From Macrostomum lignano (taxonomy: Eukaryota), in the NCBI GenBank assembly GCA_002269645.1, contig NIVC01004840.1, forward strand, positions 1-33,689: DNA of 33,689 nucleotides. The letters are read 5' to 3'. Each line of letters opens with the position of its first letter. Within the stretch, counting starts at the first letter, position 1. The notes under the pieces are model-generated. The model ran no database searches. It saw only the letters and a list, made by a program, of their open reading frames with translations, and was not told the DNA's origin. Made by a program: the position numbers and the translations under genes. This document shows, in pieces, positions 1-11,998 of the stretch.

Positions 1-443
1 AAATTTTAGCTTGGTCTTTACAAATTCAATCGCGGAGACACTATAATAACAATGATTACAGAAATTCTTGTGGAGTAAAATAAGTCAAACGTAAAATATG
101 GTGCTGAGTAATACAGAAAATAATGAAATAAGAAGCAAACAACAAATTGAAACCTTTGGCAGCAACAAGAATTAAACACTGGTCTAGCAGTGCAGTCAAT
201 GAAGGTGCTTAATTAAAACAGAAAATGCTTCAAACCAATCAGTGGCTACTGACACTGATCAACTGACCATTGGTTTAGATACGGTATTGCATTACTTTTG
301 GACAATTCAAGGATGATCATTAAAATTTACAGACAAAAAAGGCTGTTAATGGATTGCCAGTGACTTAAAAACGCGTGGCGAACACTCAGAACTCAGACTC
401 GGTAGTTCACTTCTGCAGTCAAGGAGTCAAAGTTTAATATTCG

Positions 444-1389
<946 letters not shown>

Positions 1390-1719
1390 GAAAGGAAGGG
1401 AACTCTCCCCATTCTACCTCTCCCCCGCCACGTCTACCCCAAACTGACCCAGTTGCACCGCGTCATTTTTCTGTCGGTATCATCTTTCTGCGTTCCCAAT
1501 TCTGCGTGCTTATTTGAGACGGTTTGGGAAATTAAACAAAACGGCGCGTTTTAAGCTGCCGAGTGTCAATGTACATCATGATTTAGAACTTGAATTTAAG
1601 ACAACCAATTGATGATGGATTTAACCGAGTGAAAATGTTGCTGCTAAACGGCATGATGTGCATGGTTAAATTTACACTGATGAGCAATCCTTGGCTCGTG
1701 AAAGATAGTGAGCCAAAGC

Positions 1720-2245
1720 CTTCCAGGTAAACTTCCTAACATACAATTTTTTCTTGATTTTTGCTCAATTCTTCCATTATCTCATTCAATTTTCTACTGG
1801 AGACCAGATACCAACAATTTCAACTATCACTGCATGGTCCTCACTTCGGTAAAATAGATTTACAATAAAACAGTTTTTAGTTGCCTTATATATACCTAAA
1901 CGCTATCTAAGAGAGCAAGCTCCGTCCAGCCTCCAAAATCATTATCAAAGGCTTCGAGCTTGTCCGCCTGGATCGCGCGGGCCTGCAACAAAGGAGCTTA
2001 CAAAGTGACTTCGATACTGGTGTGATGATGCCTTGGAAATTATATATACAGGACCCCTGAACCATCAAGCTTCAGGGAAAGAATGACTCAAAAACAGGCT
2101 GGTTAATAGAAGCAAAGCCTGTTGTATATTTGAATATCGTACGCAACGCGACGATGCCGTTAAACAATTGTTTGAACAGTGCACGCTTACAGATCAAACC
2201 GAACTCAATCGGTGCTGTTATCATTTAATACCGCAGTCTCAACCA
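1720..2245 (+). mobile_element. Degenerate non-LTR retrotransposon (LINE) APE endonuclease fragment
   Basis: Hand translation gives AI*ESKLRPASKIIIKGFELVRLDR, resembling the A/IQE(T/S)KL...I.GY...R.DR motif of LINE endonucleases; the block is absent from the homologous site at ~24115-24130. Confidence 0.55.
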
Positions 2246-2364
2246 ATTTTTACCGGGTTTGGATTGGTGTTTTAGCTAAATCAAAATAAACAGTTTATTT
2301 TTATTATCGCTAGACTGCCTGGCAGGACCCATTGATTTCTGCCAATTGTACTGCAACTTTGCGC

Positions 2365-2490
2365 GACTGAACAATTTAAGGTGGATGCGCAAACCGGAGC
2401 GAAATACTAAAAAGCCGTAACAAAAAGGGTGGGTAGGCGGCCCCACTGGCTAAGACGAGCAAAGCCTAAAGGCCAGCCAATCGAAACGAA
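2365..2490 (-). promoter_or_regulatory. Candidate promoter (CCAAT box, GC-rich box, TCAGTC Inr-like motif)
   Basis: CCAAT 2477-2481, GGGTGGGTAGGCGG, - strand TCAGTC at 2365-2370; upstream of gene 1; motif-only evidence. Confidence 0.3.
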
Positions 2491-2894
2491 ATTTGGTGTC
2501 AGAATTTAAACATTTCTCAGCTGTCTCAGAGACCGGCTTATTGGAACTTTACTGGGACAGCATTTTTGACGAATGCACGATGTCAAATGCTTCTACAATC
2601 TGACGCGCCAACTCGGAGTTTAAAGGTGCAATTTCTAGATGGTGGAGAAGCTGGTAGCAATTATTCTATTGTAAAATATTTATGTAGCTAGGGATTTTCT
2701 CAAGTGCTAATGAACTGTACTGTCTTGCGCAATGTGAAAGATAGAGCTTGTAACAGGGACTACTGAGCACTCCCGACTATGCTCTATACTTTCATTTTTG
2801 AGCCGTCCTCTTTAAGTGTTCATGCAAAAAACCGCTAATCGGAGACACAAGCCCATAGATTTCGAGATTTCATTACTAACGACAACAAACAGCA

Positions 2895-3500
2895 TGGTGT
2901 CAGAGGAACACAGCTAACGATTAACTCCTTAACCGCATACATCATTCAGTCGCTATACAGCTAATTCAAAGCCGACGCTTTGATACACATGGCTGGCTGA
3001 TACAGGAGAGTTGAAGCCACCAGCATCCATCGCATTCGATGAGAACAAATGAAGAAGTAGAAACATGAATTGCTGGTTTCGCGCTCTCCCTCACAGCCGT
3101 GAAGCGAGATAATGAAAGCGACGAGCTAAGACCGCCATTCTGCTCACAGCACTTGGAAGGTCTTTCAAGGTCAAAACAGCAGAAACAGAAAGATTCCTCG
3201 CAAAACGCCACGCTAACACCAAACTTGACTCGATTCCCCAGAGCATGCAATTTTTTTCGACCTTCGACAATTAAGACAGCATATGAGCACTACGATTAAA
3301 GTGCATCGAAACAGGTTACTCGGAGGGCACCAAGTGATTCAGCCACATAGCCGAGTTGCATTCTGGTCAAGTTGTAAAGCTATCGGACAACTACAGATCG
3401 ACCTAACTTTGGCAATTTGTGACTTCGCTAACTCAATAATTAGAAAGCTGACAATCACCGAACTATCAGTTTATAATATTCGTGCCTACTGTGCGCAGAA
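2895..3500 (+). mobile_element. Ty3/Gypsy-like remnant family 1: PBS-like motif plus degenerate gag
   Basis: CA|TGGTGTCAGAG resembles an LTR end followed by a PBS; downstream translations GELKPPASIAFDEN, SDELKTAILLTALG, TAYEHY and IDLTLAICDFANSIIR follow the motif order of Gypsy gag; stops and frameshifts present. Confidence 0.55.
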
Positions 3501-3825
3501 TTTTTTAAGCAAAAATTAAAATAAGTCAAACGAAAAGTAGCATAAGTGCCGAGTACTCGTACAGTACGCAAGGTGACTACTGGAGAAAAAACTGAAAACA
3601 TTTGGCAGCAACAGCTCATCAGTGCATCAACTTCCTCATGCATCCTAAAGGAAAGATTCAAGACAAAGCATAATTACATAGGAACAAAAAGCTGTTAAAC
3701 GATTGCAAGTACTCGTACACTGAAAACGCCTGGAGCACAGAAAAACAAAGATCGTGTGTCCATTTCTACAATCACGGTGCGCAAAGTTAAATATTCGTTA
3801 AAAATGTGCTGCTTGAAGAGCCTCT

Positions 3826-5091
3826 TCAGATTGCTGCCTTAACTGAATCTTTTGCAGAACACCTGGCACTCGAATAGCTTTTTCTTGTGTGCACCCTGGA
3901 GTGCTTAGTGAGGTTGCTGCTTACATGAAATCTCTTGCCGCACACCATGCACTCAAACGGCTTTTCTCCTGTGTGAAGCCTAGAGTGCTTAGTGAGGCTG
4001 CTGCTGTCACTAAATCTCTTGCCGCACACATTGCACTCAAATGGCTTTTCTCCTGTGTGCAGCCTTGAGTGGGAAGAGAGATTGCTTGCTTGATTGAATC
4101 TTTTGCCGCAAACCTTGCACTCGAAAGGCTTTTCTCCTGTGTGAAGCCTAGAGTGCTTAGTGAGGCTGCTGCTGTCATTAAATCTCTTGCCGCACACCTT
4201 GCACTCAAATGGCTTTTCTCCTGTGTGCAGCCTTGAGTGGGAAGAGAGATTGCTTGCTTGATTGAATCTTTTGCCGCACACCTTGCACTCGAAAGGCTTT
4301 TCTCCTGTGTGAAGCCTAGAGTGCTGAGTGAGGCTGCTACTGACACTAAATCTCTTGCCGCACACATTGCACTCAAATGGCTTTTCTCCTGTGTGCAGCC
4401 TTGAGTGGTAAGAGAGGCCCCATGCTCGACCGAATCTCTTGCCGCACACATTGCACTCAAATGGCTTTTCTCCTGTGTGCACTCTAGAGTGTGTATTGAG
4501 GTCGCTGCTGAAACCGAATCTCTTGCCGCACACCTTGCACTTGTGCGGTTTCGCCTTCATGTGCACTGCACTAATGTGAGCTTTGAGGTGGCTTTTTCTG
4601 GTGAACTTCTTCTGGCAAGTGTTGCACTGGAACGCCCTCTCGACAGCCTGAGCTTGACGTTGCCGTGTTGCAGCACTGTTCAAAGCTCGGGTCTTCCCGG
4701 CTGACTCGCACTCTGGACTCTTCGTCACTGCAGAACTGCCGTCTGCACACGGCTGCATCGCTGACTCATTGCGAGACTCGACCTGCTCGACCGCCGCCGC
4801 TCTGCCAGCTTCTGAGTTGGTCGCAGCCACCTCCTCTGGCTCCGAGTCGCAGCCCATTCCGTGTGACCGCACATGATGCAAGTACTGCGCCGCTGCCGAA
4901 CGGGTACGGCAGAACCGCCTGGGACAAAAGGGGCAGGCGACAGAGCCCGGCGCATCGCTGAGAAACTGTGGGGCTGCGATCTGTGCGGAGATGCCGATGC
5001 TCGAGGCCCGTCTCTGCCTAAGCTGGAATGTGGAGCGGTAGACTATCTTAATCACTTGTTGGATCCGTTTGTAAACTGGGATTGAAAACAT
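3826..5091 (-). CDS. C2H2 zinc-finger protein, gene 2 (class C), 9 canonical fingers plus frameshifted terminal remnant
   Basis: 421-aa ORF with repeated CxxC-X12-HxxxH and TGEKP linkers; start codon uncertain because the first ~48 aa depend on a 1-bp difference (CCC vs CCCC) near 4946. Confidence 0.85.
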   Translation of the reverse strand: MFSIPVYKRIQQVIKIVYRSTFQLRQRRASSIGISAQIAAPQFLSDAPGSVACPFCPRRFCRTRSAAAQYLHHVRSHGMGCDSEPEEVAATNSEAGRAAAVEQVESRNESAMQPCADGSSAVTKSPECESAGKTRALNSAATRQRQAQAVERAFQCNTCQKKFTRKSHLKAHISAVHMKAKPHKCKVCGKRFGFSSDLNTHSRVHTGEKPFECNVCGKRFGRAWGLSYHSRLHTGEKPFECNVCGKRFSVSSSLTQHSRLHTGEKPFECKVCGKRFNQASNLSSHSRLHTGEKPFECKVCGKRFNDSSSLTKHSRLHTGEKPFECKVCGKRFNQASNLSSHSRLHTGEKPFECNVCGKRFSDSSSLTKHSRLHTGEKPFECMVCGKRFHVSSNLTKHSRVHTRKSYSSARCSAKDSVKAAI

Positions 5092-6210
5092 CTAAAAGAA
5101 CTAAACTACAAGTATGCTTTCTGATTTTGAGAACATAAAGACGATAGCTGGGTTACATCAACAAATAAATAGACTAACTTTATATAAACATCTATGAAAG
5201 TGATACATGTAAATATAGAATGCATGCTATACTTGAATTTGCAACAGTCAATTTTCGATGAAGATTCAAGCGTGTGAAAATCTTGCTGCTAATCGAGAAT
5301 GTGCCCGGGTACATCTGCTGTACCGATAAGAAATCCTTGGCACTCGTCAGGAGGGCCTGCCATTGCACTCTTACTCCTTTCAGCCGCGTCTACACCAAAC
5401 TCACCCAGTTACATCCCTTCCCATTCTGTTTGAAGGGTCCCTCTGCTGCATTCCAAATGCTGTCTACCCGTTTCAGACGGCTCGGGAAATTAAAAAGGAG
5501 AACCCACTGGCCTAGATCTGGGAGCTTAGCATGAATGCATTTAAGCAAAGCAAAAAAGTGAAATTCCAACTCCATAGCTTATTTTACTAATGAAACTAAT
5601 GAACAAGAGGATTATGAAGGCAAATTCATTCTATAATAATAAGATTGTGCAGTCATCAGTGTAAGAGGCAACGGTGTGCTGAGGGGCAGTCATGGAACGG
5701 TAATTTGGCTCAACTTGTTGACTGTCTTGGCAGCCATTAAAACCTACATTCTAGCTGCAACTCAACTCAACTTTTTTCCAAAGGACTCTGCGACACGGCT
5801 CAGAGGTTCTCTCTGTCTCGCTGCCGCTCTGCTGCCCGGCTCAATGCCCTGACAGCTGAGCAGTCATGCCAATGACAACAGCTGCATTCGACATTTTACG
5901 TGGCCTATTAAAATCTCTATATCAAAACAATTATACACACATCAAGACAAATATTAAAACAAAACATAGACTTCAATGCCACCGGTATAATTTATAAAAA
6001 CAGCAAACATCAACTTCCTTTGGCAGCAACAGCTCATTAGTGCATCAACTTCCTAATGCATTCTTCAGAAAAATTCAACAAAAAATCACTAATACAAAAG
6101 AACAAAAAGCTGTTAAAAGATTGCGAATAAATTGAAAACGCGTGGAGCACAGGAAGAACAAATTTCCGGAGTCTATTTCAGCGATCACGGAACACGAAAC
6201 TGAATATTCT

Positions 6211-6829
6211 CTACAAAACCTGCTGCTTGGAGTGCCTCTTCAGTATGCTGGCTTTATTTAGTATCTTGCTGCACACCCTGCACTCAAATGGCTTTTCTTC
6301 TGTGTGCAGCCTTGAGTGCGAAGTGAGGTTGCTCCTACGACGAAATCTTCTGCCGCACACCTTGCACTCAAATGGCTTTTCTCCTGTGTGCCGCCTCGAG
6401 TATGTAGTGAAGGCGCTGCTGACATGGAATCTCTTGCCGCACACCTTGCACTTGTACGGTTTGCCTTCTTGTGCACTGCACTAATGTGAGCTTTGATATG
6501 GCTTTTTTTGGTAAACTTCTTCTGGCAAGTATCGCACTGGAACGGGCTCTCGATGCCCTGAGCTTGACGTTGCCATGTTGCAGCACTCTTTGAAGCTCGG
6601 GTGTTCCCGACCGCAAGTACTGCGCCGCTGCCGATCGGGTGCGGCAGAACCGCCTGGGACAAAAGGGGCAGGCGACAGAGCCCCGGTGTCTCCGGGGTGT
6701 CCCCGGTGTTCTGAGGAACTGTGGGCTGCGATCTGTGCGGAGATGCCGATGCTCGAAGCCAGTCTCTGCCTGAGCTGCAATGCGGAGCGGTAGGGACTTC
6801 GTCACTTTGTGATCCGGAATGAAAGACAT
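6211..6829 (-). pseudogene. C2H2 zinc-finger pseudogene, gene 3 (class D), 4 finger remnants
   Basis: ~200-bp frameshifting deletion in the N-terminal region (AQYLR|SGTPEL), further frameshifts, F2 has His>Tyr (HVSSAFTTY). Confidence 0.85.
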
Positions 6830-7229
6830 CAAAGGAAGTGAACTACACTTATAGCTGAGTCTTAAATAAAAGTAAATAGACTAATTTTTAATGGACATTT
6901 TACTGGGTGAAAAGTTATTGCTAAACGGCAATGTGACCGGGTACATCTGCATTGATGAGCAATCCTTAGCCCCCGGTTAAGAAGGCCGGCAGTGCACTTT
7001 TACCTCTCCCCGCCACGTCTACCCCAAACCGACCCAGTTTCTGTCTGTATCATCTTTCTGCGTTCCCAATTCTGCGTGCTTATTTGAGACGGCGGTTTAA
7101 GAAATTAAACAAAACGGCGCGTTTTAAGCTGCCGAGTGTCAATGTACATGTACATTATCATTTAGAACTGCTAGCTGAGCAGCACGATCGTGAAACTTCT
7201 GTCTGTTTGGCTCTGGACGAACTGAAAAA

Positions 7230-7922
7230 ACAAGGGCGTCACTGTCTTGAGGGAACCTGCGGGAGTCGCCCTGGACTGAAGGAATTTCTGAGGCATTTAG
7301 CGGATTGAAGCCGTCTGCAGAAAATTGGACATGAAAGACGAGAAGGTTGACGGAGTCTTACTCAAGACTGACTTTTTAAGCCTCATCATGGTGGTAGCCG
7401 CGTATGACAAATTAGGGAACTTCTTGGTCCCTCCGGCGAAGCTAGAGGTCAATGCATTCGAGAATCTAGAGGATGAAATCAAGTAGCTTGTCACCTCACA
7501 AAAACTTGTGCCTGAGCGTCACAGGTTTAACGTAGCGAAGCAAGACGAGTACCCATAAGCATATTTTGAGAACCGACTGCGAGACTGCGACAGATGTGGT
7601 ATTTGAATACATTCTGCAAGAAGCTCTAAGAGACCAGTTTGTAGCCGGACTGTGCAATGCCTCCGTGGTGAAAGAACTGATTATTAAAGGCCCGTTAACA
7701 TTGATGCTTGCGGTGGAGACTGTTGCAGCGCAAGAGCAAGTCAGTAAGAGTGCCTTGACCTCAAGGAAAGTTGGAAGCAGTCAATACAACAAAGGACAAA
7801 ATGCGACATCAAAGCAGTGCTCAAGGCCAAATGCGCATTTCGGGCAAGGCCTGCAGTTTTTTTATGAAGAAGCATCTGCCAGAGTCATGCCTGGCATGTG
7901 GAGCCAAGTGTCGAAACTGTGA
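7230..7922 (+). mobile_element. Ty3/Gypsy-like gag remnant family 2
   Basis: KLVPERHRFNVAKQDE followed by LQEALRDQFVAGLCNASVVKELIIKGPLTLMLAVETVAAQE matches the Gypsy gag pattern ER.KF...Q / LRDRFV.GL....Q..LL....LTL..A; interrupted by stops and a frameshift. Confidence 0.7.
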
Positions 7923-8250
7923 GAGAATTACTTGAAGGACTTGGGAGCTGAGCATAAATGCCTCTGAGAAATGTTTTACACAACGCAATCGCATTTACCA
8001 CTCTGTAGTTTACGAGTATTCGGTAGGTGAAAATTAAATAAGAGAAGGGTAGTGATTGGAACACTATCAAAACAATTTCATTCTTTAGTAAGTTATTTAA
8101 TAGTTAAAAAATCATCTAATAGGATAAATTCTAAAAAGGTGCAATGGCAGAGGAAATGGGTTAAGAGAAGTTGCTGAACAGTTAGCAGGGTAGGTAGGGT
8201 GAAAATTGGAGTGGCAGGGTGACTGGTAGAGTGGCAGTGGAGTCCTAGGC

Positions 8251-10234
8251 TGGCTAGGGAGAGTCTTAGGGTGGTTTGGGTGAGTGATAGGGTGGCTAGG
8301 GAGAGTCTTAGGGTGGTTTGGGTGAGTGATAGGGTGGCTAGGGAGAGTCTTAGGGTGGTTTTTGGGTGAGTGATAGGGTGGCTAGGAGAGTCTTAGGGTG
8401 GTTTGGGTGAGTGATAGGGTGGCTAGGGAGAGTCTTAGGGTGGTTTTTGGGTGAGTGATGGGGTGGCTAGGGAGAGTCTTAGGGTGGGTTGGGTGAGTGA
8501 TAGGGTGGCTAGGGAGAGTCTTAGGGTGGTTTGGGTGAGTGATAGGGTGGCTAGGGAGAGTCTTAGGGTGGTTTTTGGGTGAGTGATAGGGTGGCTAGGG
8601 AGAGTCTTAGGGTGGTTTGGGTGAGTGATAGGGTGGCTAGGGAGAGTCTTAGGGTGGTTTTTGGTGAGTGATGGGGTGGCTAGGGAGAGTCTTAGGGTGG
8701 TTTGGGTGAGTGAAAGGGTGGCTAGGGAGAGTCTTAGGGTGGTTTTTGGGTGAGTGATAGGGTGGCTAGGGAGAGTCTTAGGGTGGTTTGGTGAGTGATA
8801 GGGTGGCTAGGGAGAGTCTTAGGGTGGTTTTGGGTGAGTGATGGGTGGCTAGGGAGAGTCTTAGGGTGGTTTGGGTGAGTGAAAGGGTGGCTAGGGAGAG
8901 TCTTAGGGTGGTTTTTGGGTGAGTGATAGGGTGGCTAGGGAGAGTCTTAGGGTGGTTTGGGTGAGTGAAAGGGTGGCTAGGGAGAGTCTTAGGGTGGTTT
9001 TGAGTGAGTGATAGGGTGGCTAGGGAGAGTCTTAGGGTGGTTTTTGGGTGAGTGATGGGGTGGCTAGGGAGAGTCTTAGGGTGGTTTTTGGGTGAGTGAT
9101 AGGGTGGCTAGGGAGAGTCTTAAAGTGGTTTTTGGTGAGTGATGGGGTGGCTAGGGAGAGTCTTAGGGTGGTTTTTGGGTGAGTGAAAGGGTGGCTAGGG
9201 AGAGTCTTAGGGTGGTTTTTGAGTGAGTGATAGGGTGGCTAGGGAGAGTCTTAGGGTGGTTTTTGGGTGAGTGATAGGGTGGCTAGGGAGAGTCTTAAAG
9301 TGGTTTTTGGGTGAGTGATGGGGTGGCTAGGGAGAGTCTTAGGGTGGTTTTTGGGTGAGTGATAGGGTGGCTAGGAGAGTCTTAGGGTGGTTTGGGTGAG
9401 TGATAGGGTGGCTAGGGAGAGTCTTAAGGTGGTTTGGGTGAGTGATAGGGGGCTAGGGAGAGTCTTAGGGTGGTTTGGGTGAGTGAAAGGGTGGCTAGGG
9501 AGAGTCTTAGGGTGGTTTTTGGGTGAGTGATAGGGTGGCTAGGAGAGTCTTAAAGTGGTTTTTGGGTGAGTGATGGGGTGGCTAGGGAGAGTCTTAGGGT
9601 GGTTTTTGGTGAGTGATAGGGTGGCTAGGGAGAGTCTTAGGGTGATTTGGGTGAGTGATAGGGTGGCTAGGGAGTGTTAGGGTGGGTTGGGTGAGTGATA
9701 GGGTGGCTAGGGAGTGTCTTAGGGTGGTTTGGGTGAGTGATAGGGTGGCTAGGGAGAGTCTTAGGTGGTTTGGGTGAGTGATAGGGTGGCTAGGGAGAGT
9801 CTTAGGGTGGTTTGGGTGAGTGATAGGGTGGCTAGGGAGAGTCTTAGGGTGGGTTGGGTGAGTGATAGGGTGGCTAGGGAGAGTCTTAGGGTGGGTTGGG
9901 TGAGTGATAGGGTGGCTAGGGAGTGTCTTAGGGTGGGTTGGGTGAGTGATAGGGTGGCTAGGGAGTCTTAGGGTGGGTTGGGTGAGTGATAGGGTGGCTA
10001 GGGAGAGTCTTAGGGTGGGTTGGGTGAGTGATAGGGTGGCTAGGGAGAGTCTTAGGGTGGGTTGGGTGAGTGATAGGGTGGCTAGGGAGAGTCTTAGGGT
10101 GGGTTGGGTGAGTGATAGGGTGGCTAGGGAGTAGGGTGGGTTGGGTTAGTGATAGGGTGGCTAGGGAGAGTCTTAGGGTGGGTTGGGTTAGTGATAGGGT
10201 GGCTAGGGAGTCTTAGGGTGGGTTGGGTTAGTGA
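8251..10234 (+). repeat. 42-bp G-rich satellite, ~47 units (TGGCTAGGGAGAGTCTTAGGGTGGTTTGGGTGAGTGATAGGG)
   Basis: Direct inspection; four GGG tracts and one TTAGGG per unit; many indel variants; unit count estimated from length. Confidence 0.97.
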
Positions 10235-11389
10235 CTAGCAGCTGCATTCCACAGTTTACTGTGAAGAAACTGGGTCGGTCCGGGTGCCCAACCCAAGTAC
10301 TATAAAAAAGTAGGAAAAGACGTAGTGACGCTTTGTGAAACAGTAGCTCGATCTGGCGTGATGAAGTTCAGAAGTTGCGTTGCTACCATTATTGTTGTGA
10401 CACTCGCTGGTGCTTATAAAGTGCCTACCGTAAGATATAGTATAGGATATTGGTGAGTCACGAGTATATGGCTCACGTGTGTACTCTGTACAAGCAGCTG
10501 GCAAAATATACGGAACTCCTGACATATCAAGCTATCAAACTCAAACTTTTGCTGCTGAAGCAATTGCTCTAAACTATTGTCTTTTATACCACAGAGTCAA
10601 CTAATTTTACCCGACTTTGATTGGTGCTTCGGCCAAATCAAAAAAGTTTAGTTTACCTCTAAGAGGCTTTTCATATTGATTCTAGAACCAGAACCAATTT
10701 GTAAAGTATAACTTTTTGTCTCCTTAACTAGAGGATAAGCAGTAAGCAGTAAGCAACTTAACGGCGTAAGCAGTGTGAGACTCTCCTGCCCTGACAGACC
10801 CCGAGGGCCCATGCACTACACGTGGTTTGTTAATATTAATATAAAAATCAACAAATCCAGACAGACATAAAAAAATAACAAGTGAAGATTGCCATGCTGC
10901 AAGTGTAATTCGAAAATACATGAAGAAAAACAAGTTTTGAGATCAAATTTTAGCTTGGTCTTTACAAAATTCAATCGCGGAGACACTATAATAACAATGA
11001 TTACAGAAATTCTTGTAGGAGTAAAATAAGTCAAACGTAAAATATGGGTGCTGAGTAATACAGAAAATAATGAAATAAGAAGCAAACAACAAATTGAAAC
11101 CTTTGGCAGCAACAAGAATTAAACACTGGTCTAGCAGTGCAGTCAATGAAGGTGCTTAATTAAAACAGAAAATGCTTCAAACCAATCAGTGGCTACTGAC
11201 ACTGATCAACTGACCATTGGTTTAGATACGGTATGCATTACTTTTGGACAATTCAAGGATGATCATTAAAATTTACGGACAAAAAGGCTGTTAATGGATT
11301 GCCAGTGACTTAAAAACGCGTGGCGAACACTCAGAACTCTGACCCCGAAGTTCACTTCTGCAGCCACGGAGGGCAAAGTTTAATATTCG

Positions 11390-11862
11390 TTACACAATGT
11401 GCCGATTAGCGTGCGTTTTCTGATGGCTGCCTCGATTAAATCGCTTGCACTCAAATGGCTTTTCTCCTGTGTGAACTCTAGAGTGCATAGTGAGGTTGGA
11501 GATTTGAGTAAATCGCTTGCCGCACACCTTGCACTCAAATGGTTTTTCTCCTGTGTGAAGCCTAGAGTGCTTAGTGAGGCTGCTACTGACACTAAATCTC
11601 TTGCCGCACACCTTGCACTCAAATGGTTTTTCTCCTGTGTGCAGCCTTGAGTGAGAAGAGAGGTTGCTGCTGAAACCGAATCTCTTGCCGCACACCTTGC
11701 ACTCAAATGGCTTTTCTCCTGTGTGCCGCCTCGAGTATGTAGTGAAGGCGCTGCTGACATGGAATCTCTTGCCGCACACCTTGCACTTGTACGGTTTCGC
11801 CTTCTTGTGCACTGCACTAATGTGAGCTTTGAGGTGGCATTTTCTGGTGAGCTTCTTCTGGC
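11390..11862 (-). pseudogene. 5'-truncated C2H2 zinc-finger gene 4 (class A)
   Basis: Near-identical to the 3' half of gene 8 (lacks its F2), but homology stops in F1 before CxxC at 11862, where it joins spacer sequence CTACTGAGCACTCCC; no start or N-terminus. Confidence 0.9.
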
Positions 11863-11998
11863 TACTGAGCACTCCCGACTAGGCTCTATACTTTCATTTT
11901 CGAGCCGTCCTCTTTACGTGTTCATGCGAAAAACCGCTAATCGGAGACACAAGCCCATAGATTTCGAGATTTCATTACTAACACGACAACAAACAGCA

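Noticed and set aside
2495-2506. Second TGGTGTCAGAA PBS-like motif
   Set aside because: Lies in ancestral spacer with a diverged homolog at ~29372, and no gag follows
3921-4704. Long alternative-frame and antisense ORFs over the finger arrays ([37 protein letters not shown] repeats; also at 11380, 12917, 16275, 16514, 16843, 18784, 22842, 28032)
   Set aside because: Well-known shadow frames of 84-bp ZNF repeats; they track the real frame and have no independent support
3826-5091. Assigning PRDM9 or a named ZNF/KRAB symbol
   Set aside because: No KRAB, SSXRD or PR/SET sequence seen; generic C2H2 similarity does not give orthology
8251-10234. True telomere, ancient telomere fusion, or CRISPR array
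   Set aside because: No tandem (TTAGGG)n, no inverted head-to-head arrays, no unique spacers; a local non-telomeric seed is visible
10816-11146. Hydrophobic short ORFs in AT-rich 3' flanks (also 22296-22608)
   Set aside because: Composition-driven, no domain, within presumptive UTR or spacer
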